DNA of 64,000 nt from Eubacteriales bacterium (lineage in GTDB: Bacteria > Bacillota > Clostridia > Saccharofermentanales > Fastidiosipilaceae): contig JAUNVS010000001.1 in the NCBI GenBank assembly GCA_030537565.1, forward strand, positions 6,785 to 70,784, given 5' to 3'. The notes beneath the pieces were generated by a model. That model searched no databases. It worked only from the letters and a program-made list of their open reading frames with translations, and was not told the DNA's origin. Within the stretch, counting starts at the first letter, position 1. The number at the start of each line of letters is the position of its first letter. Made by a program: the position numbers and the translations under genes. Below are positions 1 through 8,556 of this stretch, in pieces.

Positions 1-528
1 GAGGGTCTCTTCGCCTTCCTTCCACTTAGCAGGACAGACTTCACCTGGATGCTTGCGAATGTAGCGAGCCGCCTTAATCTTATCGACGAGCTGGCTGGCG
101 TTACGGCCAATACCATCAGCGGTCACCTCAAAGGCTTGCACGACACCATCTGGATCGATGATGAAGGTACCGCGCTGAGCAAGACCGTTTTCGCCGATAA
201 CATCGAACATCGAGCAGAGCTGATGGGCCGGGTCACCGATCATCGTATACGTGATCGTGCTGATCTTCTCGGAGTGATCATGCCAGGCCTTATGCACGAA
301 ATGCGTGTCGGTCGAGCAGGAGAAAACCTGGCAATCAAGCTTGCCTAATTCTTCTGAGACATTCTGCAAATCCTCAAGCTCCGTCGGGCAGACAAAGCTG
401 AAGTCCGCAGGATAAAAACACAAAACGGAGAAGTGACCCATGAGGTCGGCCTCCGTTACTTTTACAAATTCCTCGTTACGATAGGCATCGAGTTCAAATG
501 ATTCGATTTTTTTACCCACTAAAGACAT
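1..528 (-). CDS. ahpC: Peroxiredoxin AhpC (alkyl hydroperoxide reductase C); 3' end runs off the window start
   Basis: My own minus-strand translation from ATG 528..526 gives [55 protein letters not shown]... through ...[17 protein letters not shown]. It has the peroxidatic FVCPTE and resolving EVCPA motifs, and an AAGGAG RBS lies upstream. It is missing from the ORF track because it has no stop in the window. Confidence 0.9.
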   Translation of the reverse strand, partial: MSLVGKKIESFELDAYRNEEFVKVTEADLMGHFSVLCFYPADFSFVCPTELEDLQNVSEELGKLDCQVFSCSTDTHFVHKAWHDHSEKISTITYTMIGDPAHQLCSMFDVIGENGLAQRGTFIIDPDGVVQAFEVTADGIGRNASQLVDKIKAARYIRKHPGEVCPAKWKEGEETL

Positions 529-602
529 ATTAATAGTCTCCTTTCTCTTTCACTTCGACCACGTCGAAGTCTCTATGCATTTAAGTATAGAGCTTTGCTA
601 GT

Positions 603-617
603 TTTAAATGATTTTAA
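603..617 (-). promoter_or_regulatory. Candidate PerR/Fur-family 7-1-7 box upstream of ahpC
   Basis: TTTAAAT-G-ATTTTAA is an imperfect 7-1-7 AT-rich palindrome with one mismatch, about 75 nt upstream of the ahpC ATG. It overlaps the region upstream of a TATACT -10-like hexamer. It is also part of a TTTTAAAT direct repeat. Confidence 0.3.
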
Positions 618-721
618 ATTGCATGGATTTTGTGAACGTTCTGTTAACAAGCATTCGAATCTCTAGTTCATCGCCATTTTCAGCAATTTTCAAATCAAAG
701 TAAAGCCAGAGAAATGACGTA

Positions 722-1333
722 TTAAGGCTCTTGATCGCTCGGGAAAACGCCCCCGTAAGCTTGCTGTAGTGCATCTCTAGTTCTTAAGACGCGTTCAACA
801 TATTGTCTGGTTTCAGCGAAAGGAATGGCCTCAGGGATCAAATTGATTCCATCATGACTGTACTTCGCCTTCGTCAACCAAAAGTCAACATTACCAGGAC
901 CAGCATTATATGCAGCAGTTGCCGAAACCACATTCTGCTGATAATGCGTCAAGAGATAATCTAAGAGACAAGCTCCTAATTGAATTGAGTAGTCAGGATC
1001 ACTGAGATCCTGCTTCTCAATTCCGGCTAAGGGAAGGAGCCACTCCTCACTCTCTGGCATGATCTGCATCAAGCCAACTGCACCTGCAGAAGAAATAACA
1101 TCTGCACGAAAACTTGATTCTGTATGGGCGATGGCTGCAAGCAAAAAAGGGTCGACGGAATAGTGCTCAGCATACTTACTTAAACTATCCCGATACGTCA
1201 CTGGAATCGTAACGCCGAAGAGGTCCTGCATGGGTTTTCGTTGTCGATAACGAATCGCTAGGAACACGAGCGTCAAAATAATGAAGAATAGTACTAGGAG
1301 GACCAGAACGCCCCCATGCCTCCGCTTCGACAT
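722..1333 (-). CDS. Lytic transglycosylase (SLT domain) with N-terminal membrane anchor
   Basis: 203 aa. A hydrophobic N-terminal segment is followed by the SLT motif AIAHTESSFRADVISSAGAVGLMQIMP and a later AYNAGPGNV motif. Confidence 0.8.
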   Translation of the reverse strand: MSKRRHGGVLVLLVLFFIILTLVFLAIRYRQRKPMQDLFGVTIPVTYRDSLSKYAEHYSVDPFLLAAIAHTESSFRADVISSAGAVGLMQIMPESEEWLLPLAGIEKQDLSDPDYSIQLGACLLDYLLTHYQQNVVSATAAYNAGPGNVDFWLTKAKYSHDGINLIPEAIPFAETRQYVERVLRTRDALQQAYGGVFPSDQEP

Positions 1334-1524
1334 CAGCGCTTCTCCTTAAACAAATTTCTTCAATGCTAACACGGCGCATACGACTCAGTCTTACTAAAGA
1401 TATAATTCAATCCACTTGCTTGTGGAACTTGCAAAAGATAAGCTGTTTTCAGCGCCTTCATTTCTAGATTTTCAACTAAACTTAACGTAAGATGAACGGA
1501 AGTGAAATGAGAAAGGAAATACCC

Positions 1525-2628
1525 ATGGATCTTAAAACCCGTTTATATGACAAACACCTCGAATTAGGTGGGCAGATGGTCTCGTATGCGAAGTACCAGA
1601 TGCCAGTCCAGTACCCAGCAGGCATGCTCGCTGAACATATGGCTGTTCGCGAGGCTGCGGGTCTCTTTGATGTCTCCCACATGGGCGAGTTTCTCCTTGA
1701 AGGGGACCGTGCGCTCGAGGACTTGCAGCGCATTCTCAGTGCCAGCTTTTTGAAACTGGCCCCTGAACACGTACGTTACAGTCTCCTCTGTACCGAGAGT
1801 GGCTATTGCATCGACGATCTGCTCGTCTACCACCTGGAGAGTAATCGCTATATGCTGGTGGTAAATGCTGCCAATCATGAAAAGGATTACGAGCATCTCT
1901 GCAAACAGATTTCCCCCGAGACCAAACTGACTGATATCAGTGAGGCCTGTGGCTTAATCGCCCTTCAGGGTCCGAAGTCGAAGACGATTCTCGAGAAGCT
2001 GATTGATCCTGAGCTGCTCCCTAGCAAAAATTATACGTTTAAGGCGGATCTCGAACTCTGCTCTGCACGCGTTTTAATTTCACGCACCGGTTATACGGGT
2101 GAGTATGGATATGAAATCTATCACGACGCCAACGATTCACTGAAGCTCTTCGAGGCCATCCTCGAAGCTGGACACGATGAGGGGCTCCTGCCCTGCGGAC
2201 TTGGCGCTCGTGATACACTCCGGCTCGAAGCAGGCATGCCCCTATACGGCCACGAGATGAGCGAAGAAATTAATCCATTTGAAGCAGGACTCGATTTTGC
2301 AGTGAAATTTAGCAAACCAGAATTTATCGGCCGCGACGCCCTCCTCGAGATGCAGGAGCCGAAGCGTAAACGTGTCGGCCTAAAAGTAACGAGCCGTGGT
2401 GTGCTCCGCGAAGAGATGCCGATTTTCTTGCCTAAGAGCGATGAGCAGGTCGGTGTGACGACATCTGGCACCTTCTCCCCCTGCCTGAAGACAGGTATTG
2501 CCATGGCACTCGTGGATCACGATAAAATAGATCTTGCTACAGCCTTCGAAGTCGAAGTGCGTGGCCGACGAATTCCAGTTGAAGTCGTCAGCCTTCCCTT
2601 TGTACACGGAAAAGAAGTTCAGTGCTAA
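1525..2628 (+). CDS. gcvT: Glycine cleavage system T protein (aminomethyltransferase)
   Basis: MDLKTRLYDKHLELGGQMVSYAKYQMPVQY...DVSHMGEF is typical of GcvT. I chose the start at the M12 ATG because it has an AAAGGA RBS; the ORF-track start is 1492. Confidence 0.9.
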   Translation: MDLKTRLYDKHLELGGQMVSYAKYQMPVQYPAGMLAEHMAVREAAGLFDVSHMGEFLLEGDRALEDLQRILSASFLKLAPEHVRYSLLCTESGYCIDDLLVYHLESNRYMLVVNAANHEKDYEHLCKQISPETKLTDISEACGLIALQGPKSKTILEKLIDPELLPSKNYTFKADLELCSARVLISRTGYTGEYGYEIYHDANDSLKLFEAILEAGHDEGLLPCGLGARDTLRLEAGMPLYGHEMSEEINPFEAGLDFAVKFSKPEFIGRDALLEMQEPKRKRVGLKVTSRGVLREEMPIFLPKSDEQVGVTTSGTFSPCLKTGIAMALVDHDKIDLATAFEVEVRGRRIPVEVVSLPFVHGKEVQC

Positions 2629-2675
2629 TAGCGTAATAAATTTTTGCGGGCCTAGGCCCAAGGAGGAACACAGTT

Positions 2676-3038
2676 ATGAAATATACGAAGTCACACGAGT
2701 GGGTCGACTTTATTGAAGAGAAAAAAGTACGCATCGGGCTTAGCGCCCATGCCGTCCACCAACTCGGCGAACTGGTTTTCGTCAATCTTCCTGAGGTCGA
2801 TGACGAGCTCGAAGCGGGCGAATCCTTCGGAGATGCTGAATCGATTAAGGCGGTAAGCGACATTTACAGTCCTGTAAGCGGGCGAGTCAGCGCAGTCAAC
2901 GAGGAGGTCCTCGACAATCCCGCCCTTGTTAACGAAGCCCCTGAGTCGACCTGGCTCATCGAAGTCGAAGAAGTAAGTGAAAACGAAGAGCTCTTGGACG
3001 AGGCTGAGTATAAGAGCTTCTGTGAATCAGAAGCTTAA
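2676..3038 (+). CDS. gcvH: Glycine cleavage system H protein
   Basis: 120 aa with MKYTKSHEWV and the lipoyl-lysine motif ESIKAVSDIYSPVSG. AAGGAGG RBS. Confidence 0.92.
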   Translation: MKYTKSHEWVDFIEEKKVRIGLSAHAVHQLGELVFVNLPEVDDELEAGESFGDAESIKAVSDIYSPVSGRVSAVNEEVLDNPALVNEAPESTWLIEVEEVSENEELLDEAEYKSFCESEA

Positions 3039-3045
3039 ACCCATG

Positions 3046-3078
3046 GCCCCAAGTCGTCGACGTCTTGGGGCTTTTTTC
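3046..3078 (+). terminator. Hairpin plus T-run between gcvH and gcvPA
   Basis: GCCCCAAG...CTTGGGGC stem followed by TTTTTTC. Confidence 0.5.
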
Positions 3079-3102
3079 TTGTAGATTTAGAAAGAGAGTC
3101 TT

Positions 3103-4473
3103 ATGGGCAACTATTTACCTTCAACCCCAGCCGAGCGCCATGCAATGCTAGAGCGCCTCGGCCTCCAGTCGATGGATCAACTCTACCGCGATCTTCCAAA
3201 GTCGCTGCGGCTCAAGCATTTGGATCTGCCAGAGGGGAAGTCCGAACTAGAGTTGCGAGAAGAGCTTGAATCGCTCGGCGAAGAAAACCGTGTTTATAAG
3301 AAGATTTTCCGTGGTGCCGGGGCCTATCATCATTACATCCCTGCGATTGTAAATCAGGTGACGAGTAAAGAGTCTTTCATTACCGCCTACACCCCATACC
3401 AGGCTGAGATATCTCAGGGTGTCCTGCAATCCATTTTTGAATATCAGACGATGATATGTCGAATTACCGGTCTCGAGATGGCAAACGCTTCGCTCTACGA
3501 CGGAGCTTCAGCTCTAGCCGAGGCGATCACGATGTGCCGCGCGAGGAAAAAAAATCGCTTCCTCCTCGCCGAAGCCTTTCATCCCATGTATCTCGAAACC
3601 GTCCTCACCTATTTCAAGCACGATGATCTCCAGTTTGAATACATTCCATTGAAGGATGGCCACAGTGATCTCGATTGGCTCGAGGCCCAAACGGGCGACG
3701 ACATCGCCGCAATCGCCATGCCGCAGCTTAATTTTTATGGTCAAATTGAAGACTGCGCTCGGGTCGCCAAGTTCGCCCATGCGATAAAGGCAAAAATGAT
3801 CATGGGCGTTCATCCGATTGCCGCGGCCCTCCTCCCATCGGCAGCTGAATGCGCTGCCGATATCGCCGTTGGCGAAGGGCAGCCCCTCGGACTTCCCCTC
3901 TCCTTCGGTGGGCCGTACCTCGGTTTTCTCGCATGCAAAGGCGATCTAATCCGCCAAATCCCTGGGCGCATCGTTGGCGAAACAACGGATAAAGAAGGTC
4001 GCCGAGCCTTTGTTCTAACCCTACAGGCTCGTGAACAACACATCCGACGCGAAAAGGCGGGCAGCAACATCTGCACAAACCAAGCCCTGTGCGCCCTCCG
4101 CGCTTCGGTCTACCTTGCCGCGATGGGACCCGACGGGCTCGAAGCAGCCGCTCTGCACTCCTATGAAAAAGCCCATCGTTTTGCAAAGGCGATTTCCGAA
4201 ATTCCTGGTTTCGAAGTCCTCTATGGCCCAGAGTTTTTCAACGAATTTGTCGTCATCTCAGAGAAGAGTAGCGAGGAGATCGAAAACAAACTTGCCAAAC
4301 GCGGGATTCTCTCAGGCCTGCCCCTCAATACGAGCTATAAGCAAAGGCTTGGCCTAGAACACTTCAGTCCAGAAATTGAAGCATCGGAGAAAACAGCGAT
4401 GCTCTGGTGTCTGACCGAAATGAACAGCGATGAGCAGATCGATGAAGTGATCAGCATTTTAAAGGAGGCCTAA
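3103..4473 (+). CDS. gcvPA: Glycine dehydrogenase (decarboxylating) subunit 1
   Basis: 456 aa. The translation, including ...SFITAYTPYQAEISQGVLQSIFEYQTMI..., is typical of the P-protein alpha subunit, and it follows gcvH. Confidence 0.9.
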   Translation: MGNYLPSTPAERHAMLERLGLQSMDQLYRDLPKSLRLKHLDLPEGKSELELREELESLGEENRVYKKIFRGAGAYHHYIPAIVNQVTSKESFITAYTPYQAEISQGVLQSIFEYQTMICRITGLEMANASLYDGASALAEAITMCRARKKNRFLLAEAFHPMYLETVLTYFKHDDLQFEYIPLKDGHSDLDWLEAQTGDDIAAIAMPQLNFYGQIEDCARVAKFAHAIKAKMIMGVHPIAAALLPSAAECAADIAVGEGQPLGLPLSFGGPYLGFLACKGDLIRQIPGRIVGETTDKEGRRAFVLTLQAREQHIRREKAGSNICTNQALCALRASVYLAAMGPDGLEAAALHSYEKAHRFAKAISEIPGFEVLYGPEFFNEFVVISEKSSEEIENKLAKRGILSGLPLNTSYKQRLGLEHFSPEIEASEKTAMLWCLTEMNSDEQIDEVISILKEA

Positions 4474-4476
4474 GTA

Positions 4477-5913
4477 ATGAAATTAATATTTGAACGTAGT
4501 CAGGCCGGCCGTAAGCTGAGTCTCTTACCCGAAGTCGATCCAAAGAGCTGCCAACTCCCGGAAAAGTTCCGTCGCGCAGAGCACATCCGACTCCCCGAGC
4601 TCTCTGAGACGGAGATCAGCCGCCATTACTCTGCACTTGAGCGGCGTGTCTTTGGCGTTAACCAGGGATTCTTCCCCCTCGGTTCATGTACGATGAAGTA
4701 CAATCCGAAGATCAACGACGAACTCGCTTCCCTGCCGAGTTTCACTGGCGTCCATCCCTTACAGAGAAGCCAGGAGATTCAGGGCTGTCTCAAACTACTC
4801 GCCCGTCTCGAAGAGCGACTTTGTAAACTACTCGCGATGGATGCGATGACCTTTCAACCCGCAGCTGGAGCCCACGGTGAATTTACTGCCCTCCTGATGA
4901 TGAAGGCCTACCACCTCAGCCGTGGAGATGAGAAACGCAATAAGATCCTGATTCCCGATGCGGCTCACGGGACCAATCCAGCCTCAGCAGCGATGGCTGG
5001 TTTTAAGGTCGTTAACGTGCCGTCGGATGCAAAGGGCTATGTCGACCTCGAGGCCCTAAAATCTCTCGTCGGTGAGGATACAGCAGGCCTAATGCTGACC
5101 AACCCCAATACCCTCGGGCTATTCGATCCAAATATCGAAGCCATTACAGAAACGATTCACGCCGCTGGCGGTCTGAATTATTATGATGGCGCCAATCTGA
5201 ATCCGATTATGGGGCAGGTCCGGCCTGGTGATATGGGCTTCGACCTCGTTCACCTCAATCTTCATAAGACGTTCTCGACCCCTCATGGTGGCGGCGGCCC
5301 TGGTTCAGGTCCCGTCGGCTGTGTCGAAATCCTCAAGCCCTTCCTCCCCCAGGGGCAGCCGATTGACTGTGGCGATGCCTATGAACTTGCAAACAGCTCT
5401 AAGAGCATCGGAACCGTCCGATCCTTTTATGGGAACTTTCTCGTCGTCCTGCGCGCCTTTGCCTATGTCGAACTTCTCGGCGCTGAGGGCATCCGCGAAG
5501 CCTCAGAAACCGCTGTGCTCAACGCCAACTATCTCCAAGAGGGGATGCGAGCCGCGGGATTCCAAACGGCTCACGAAGGGGCCTGCATGCACGAATTCGT
5601 GCTCAGCCTCGCCGATTTGAAAAAGAATTATGGCGTCAGCGCCCTCGACTTTGCAAAGGCCCTCCAAGATGAGGGGATGCATCCACCGACAATGTATTTC
5701 CCGCTAATCGTTTCGGAAGCCCTAATGGTCGAACCGACCGAAACAGAGTCTCCAGAAATGCTGGACCACGTCATCGAAGTCTTCACCCGCCTGCGGAAAT
5801 TGGCTGAGACCAATCCAGAAGCGCTTAAGTCAACTCCGAAGACAACGGTCATCAGTCGACCCGACGAAGTCGAGGCAGCGCGCCATCCCATTGTTCAATA
5901 TCAAGAAGACTAA
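4477..5913 (+). CDS. gcvPB: Glycine dehydrogenase (decarboxylating) subunit 2
   Basis: 478 aa with the PLP-lysine region NLHKTFSTPHGGGGPG. It starts 4 nt after gcvPA. Confidence 0.9.
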   Translation: MKLIFERSQAGRKLSLLPEVDPKSCQLPEKFRRAEHIRLPELSETEISRHYSALERRVFGVNQGFFPLGSCTMKYNPKINDELASLPSFTGVHPLQRSQEIQGCLKLLARLEERLCKLLAMDAMTFQPAAGAHGEFTALLMMKAYHLSRGDEKRNKILIPDAAHGTNPASAAMAGFKVVNVPSDAKGYVDLEALKSLVGEDTAGLMLTNPNTLGLFDPNIEAITETIHAAGGLNYYDGANLNPIMGQVRPGDMGFDLVHLNLHKTFSTPHGGGGPGSGPVGCVEILKPFLPQGQPIDCGDAYELANSSKSIGTVRSFYGNFLVVLRAFAYVELLGAEGIREASETAVLNANYLQEGMRAAGFQTAHEGACMHEFVLSLADLKKNYGVSALDFAKALQDEGMHPPTMYFPLIVSEALMVEPTETESPEMLDHVIEVFTRLRKLAETNPEALKSTPKTTVISRPDEVEAARHPIVQYQED

Positions 5914-5919
5914 GTGTTC

Positions 5920-5946
5920 AGGGCAGCTTCAGCTGCCCTCTTTTAT
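5920..5946 (+). terminator. Intrinsic terminator after gcvPB
   Basis: AGGGCAGC-ttca-GCTGCCCT stem followed by CTTTTAT. Confidence 0.5.
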
Positions 5947-5960
5947 CTATGTGAGGTGTT

Positions 5961-7364
5961 ATGAAATACGATTTAATGATCATTGGTGCGGGCCCAGCAG
6001 GCTATACCCTCGCGGCGTCAGCAGCTGCTGCGGGTTTGTCGGTTCTGGTCTTTGAGAAATCCAAACTCGGAGGGACTTGTCTAAATCGAGGCTGTATTCC
6101 TACGAAAACCTATCTGGCTATTACCGACCTCCTCCCCTCCTGTAAGAAATTTTTAGATGCTGGACTTAAATACGAGGACCTAAGTTTTGATCTGGCGGCC
6201 CTCTTAAAATATAAGGATGACGTCGTCACTCGACTTCAGACACAGATCGAAGCCCTATTTAAAGCCCACAAAGTCGAGGTCATCGCGGCCGAAGCTAAAC
6301 TCATTTCAGGCCATGAGATCGAGGCGAGTGGGCAAGTTTATAAGGGCGAACGAATCGTCATCGCCGCCGGTGGCAAGCCGACTGTCCCCGCGGTCTTCGC
6401 TGAGGCCTATAAAAACAGTAAGCGGATAGTGACCAGTGATGAACTCCTAGACCTCGAGGCGGGAGACTACTTCAAGTCCGAAATGAAACGTGTCGCCATC
6501 ATTGGCGGTGGCATCATCGGGGTCGAATTCGCCCAGATTTTTTCAAATCTAGGTGCCGAAGTCTCGCTCTTCGAAGCAATGCCTCGACTACTGATGCGCA
6601 TGGACTCCGATATTTCAAAGACCCTCGAGCGCAATTTCAAATTAGCCAAAATCAAGGTGGAAAAGAATGTGCAAGTCCTCGATCTGCTCGACGAGGGAGA
6701 AGAGGTCCAGATCCATTATCAGAAGCAAAAAGCCAATGCCACGGTCGAAACAAAGGCCTTCGACCTCGTCCTCATTGCAATCGGGCGGAGATCTGAGGTC
6801 GAGAGTGTCCTCGGATAAAATCTCGAGCTCGAGACCGAGGCGGGTCATGTGCTCTGAAATCAATATTTCCAGAGCTCAATCGACTCCGTCTATGCCATCG
6901 GTGATATCCGTCACGGAAGTCAGGGCCTCGCCCACTCCGCTGAGGCCGAAGCTGCGATCTTCCTCGCAGAACTCCTCGGAAAAAAGCAGGAAATCGAACT
7001 CATGGCCACGCCCTCCGCGGTCTACTGCCAACCTGAAATTGCCACAGTCGGACTCAGTGAAGAGGCAGCCAAGTCAATCGATCCTGATGCCTGCGCAGTA
7101 CAGGCATCGACGATTAGTAATGGCAAGAGTCTGCTCGAACGCTCCGAGCGAGGCTTCATTAAACTCATTTACAGTCAATCAAGCCGGCGTTTTCTCGGCG
7201 CCTCCCTCTACTGCATGCGCGCCTCGGATCTGATTTCCGAACTCGCCCTGGCCCTCAGCCGCAAGCTCAGCATCGATGAGCTAAAGGCAAACATCCGGCC
7301 TCATCCGAGCTATAGCGAATTGATCAGCGAGGCACTCCACCAAGTTCCCTGGCCAGAAGCCTAA
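5961..7364 (+). pseudogene. lpdA: Dihydrolipoyl dehydrogenase (L protein/E3) interrupted by two in-frame stop codons
   Basis: A single reading frame (ORFs 5961.. and 7002.. share phase) is broken by TAA at 6816-6818 and TGA at 6855-6857. The conceptual translation is collinear with Lpd: GAGPAGY, CLNRGCIPTK, ...GRRSEVESVLG*NLELETEAGHVL*NQYFQSSIDSVYAIGDI..., and C-terminal HPSYSE. Confidence 0.8.
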
Positions 7365-7374
7365 AGCCAAAACG

Positions 7375-7406
7375 AAAAAGGCGCCGACAAGAGTGGCGCC
7401 TTTTTT
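7375..7406. terminator. Bidirectional terminator between the convergent lpd and reductase genes
   Basis: AAAAAGGCGCC-N9-GGCGCCTTTTTT: the stem is flanked by an A-run and a T-run. Confidence 0.6.
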
Positions 7407-7429
7407 AATTCAAAAAAACAAACAACGAA

Positions 7430-8356
7430 CTAAAGATAGAGCGCCTCAAGTCCATGAATCGCCTCGGTGATCATCTGACAATGGGGCGCTTCTAATCCCA
7501 ATTCAGCAGACTTACGTGCAACATAACCATTGAGGAAATCGATTTCAGTTGGACGTCGTTTTTGGCGTAGATCCTGATGCATCGAGGGATAGTGCTCTCC
7601 GACAGCTGACGATTTCTGATAGAGATCGAGAATTTCGTTAGAAATTTTCTTGGGCCAGAGTTTCGTTCCTTGGGCCTGGGCAAGGGCTGCGAATTCACGG
7701 ACCACAGCTTCGACGAGCGCCTCAATCCCTGGGACCTTCGAAAGACCATGAATATTACAATCGAAGAGCGTACAAAAGGCATTCGTCGTCCCGTTGATAC
7801 AGGCCTTTTTCCAAATCGCCTTAAAGACATCATCTGAAGCATGTGTAGGAATACCCGCATAATTCAGCTCAGCGACAATATTCCCACAACGAATCATATC
7901 GCCCGAGATACTCTGGATCTCAGTCTTGCCAAGACTATGACAACAGACGCGGCCGGCTTCTGGCAAGGAGGCTGAAAGCGTCGTCACGCCGATAAAGATA
8001 TTTCGCTCAGCAACATATTTCTTTAGGGTATCTACGTGACCAAGACCGTTTAAGAGACAGAGGACCTGGGTTCTCGCTCCGAGGATTCCAGTAATTCCTG
8101 CCAAGGTCTCCTCGAGCTGCATGGATTTGCAAAATAGGATGATGAGATCCACCTCACCGCGCGCTTCTTCAGGACGGTTGGCATGCACATGGTGGACGTC
8201 GGCTGAATCTTCGCGGCCAAAGCGAAGGCCACCATTGTTCAGCGAATCAATTTGCTCCGCCCAGTGATCGAGAAAAACGACGGGATCCCCCGTCTTCATC
8301 AGTTTATATCCGAAACAACTTCCCATGGCACCGGATCCAGCAATATATACGCGCAT
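7430..8356 (-). CDS. 2-dehydropantoate 2-reductase (ApbA/PanE family)
   Basis: MRVYIAGSGAMGSCFGYKL is a Rossmann N-terminus, and the C-terminal domain fits the ketopantoate reductase family. The start is ambiguous between 8356 and 8374. Confidence 0.7.
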   Translation of the reverse strand: MRVYIAGSGAMGSCFGYKLMKTGDPVVFLDHWAEQIDSLNNGGLRFGREDSADVHHVHANRPEEARGEVDLIILFCKSMQLEETLAGITGILGARTQVLCLLNGLGHVDTLKKYVAERNIFIGVTTLSASLPEAGRVCCHSLGKTEIQSISGDMIRCGNIVAELNYAGIPTHASDDVFKAIWKKACINGTTNAFCTLFDCNIHGLSKVPGIEALVEAVVREFAALAQAQGTKLWPKKISNEILDLYQKSSAVGEHYPSMHQDLRQKRRPTEIDFLNGYVARKSAELGLEAPHCQMITEAIHGLEALYL

Positions 8357-8556
8357 GTAATGAACGACTCCCATCCTCTTTGAAATAGCTTACGCCTGAT
8401 CTTGACTTGCTTGACCCTAACACTATACGGGTATCTGAAAAAATCACGGGTTGGATCGGTACAGGCTGGAAAATTTTCTTTAGCCTGAGCTATAAAAACA
8501 CAGAGATGAGCTGCGTAAACCATCCACTGAGCGCTGGAAGATGAGCATCACTATAG

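Noticed and set aside
49-348. 99-aa plus-strand ORF at the window start
   Set aside because: It is a shadow frame antisense to ahpC, whose minus-strand translation is unambiguous.
1334-1524. An expected glycine riboswitch upstream of gcvT
   Set aside because: I could not find the conserved GGAGAG...CACCGAAGGGGCAA-type cores on the plus strand. Only a TATAAT hexamer (1409-1414) stands out. A covariance-model scan would settle it.
6816-6857. Possible stop-codon reassignment or programmed readthrough to explain the in-frame TAA and TGA in lpd
   Set aside because: Both codons terminate clearly complete genes nearby. TAA ends gcvT, gcvH, gcvPA, gcvPB and rapZ. TGA ends rplO, rpsT, murA and the CBM9-like ORF. 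Two different stops 39 nt apart fit simple nonsense decay better.
6667-7233. 188-aa ORF in an alternative frame across the lpd break
   Set aside because: Its translation is Ser/Arg/Pro-rich low complexity with no family resemblance. The Lpd frame explains the region fully.
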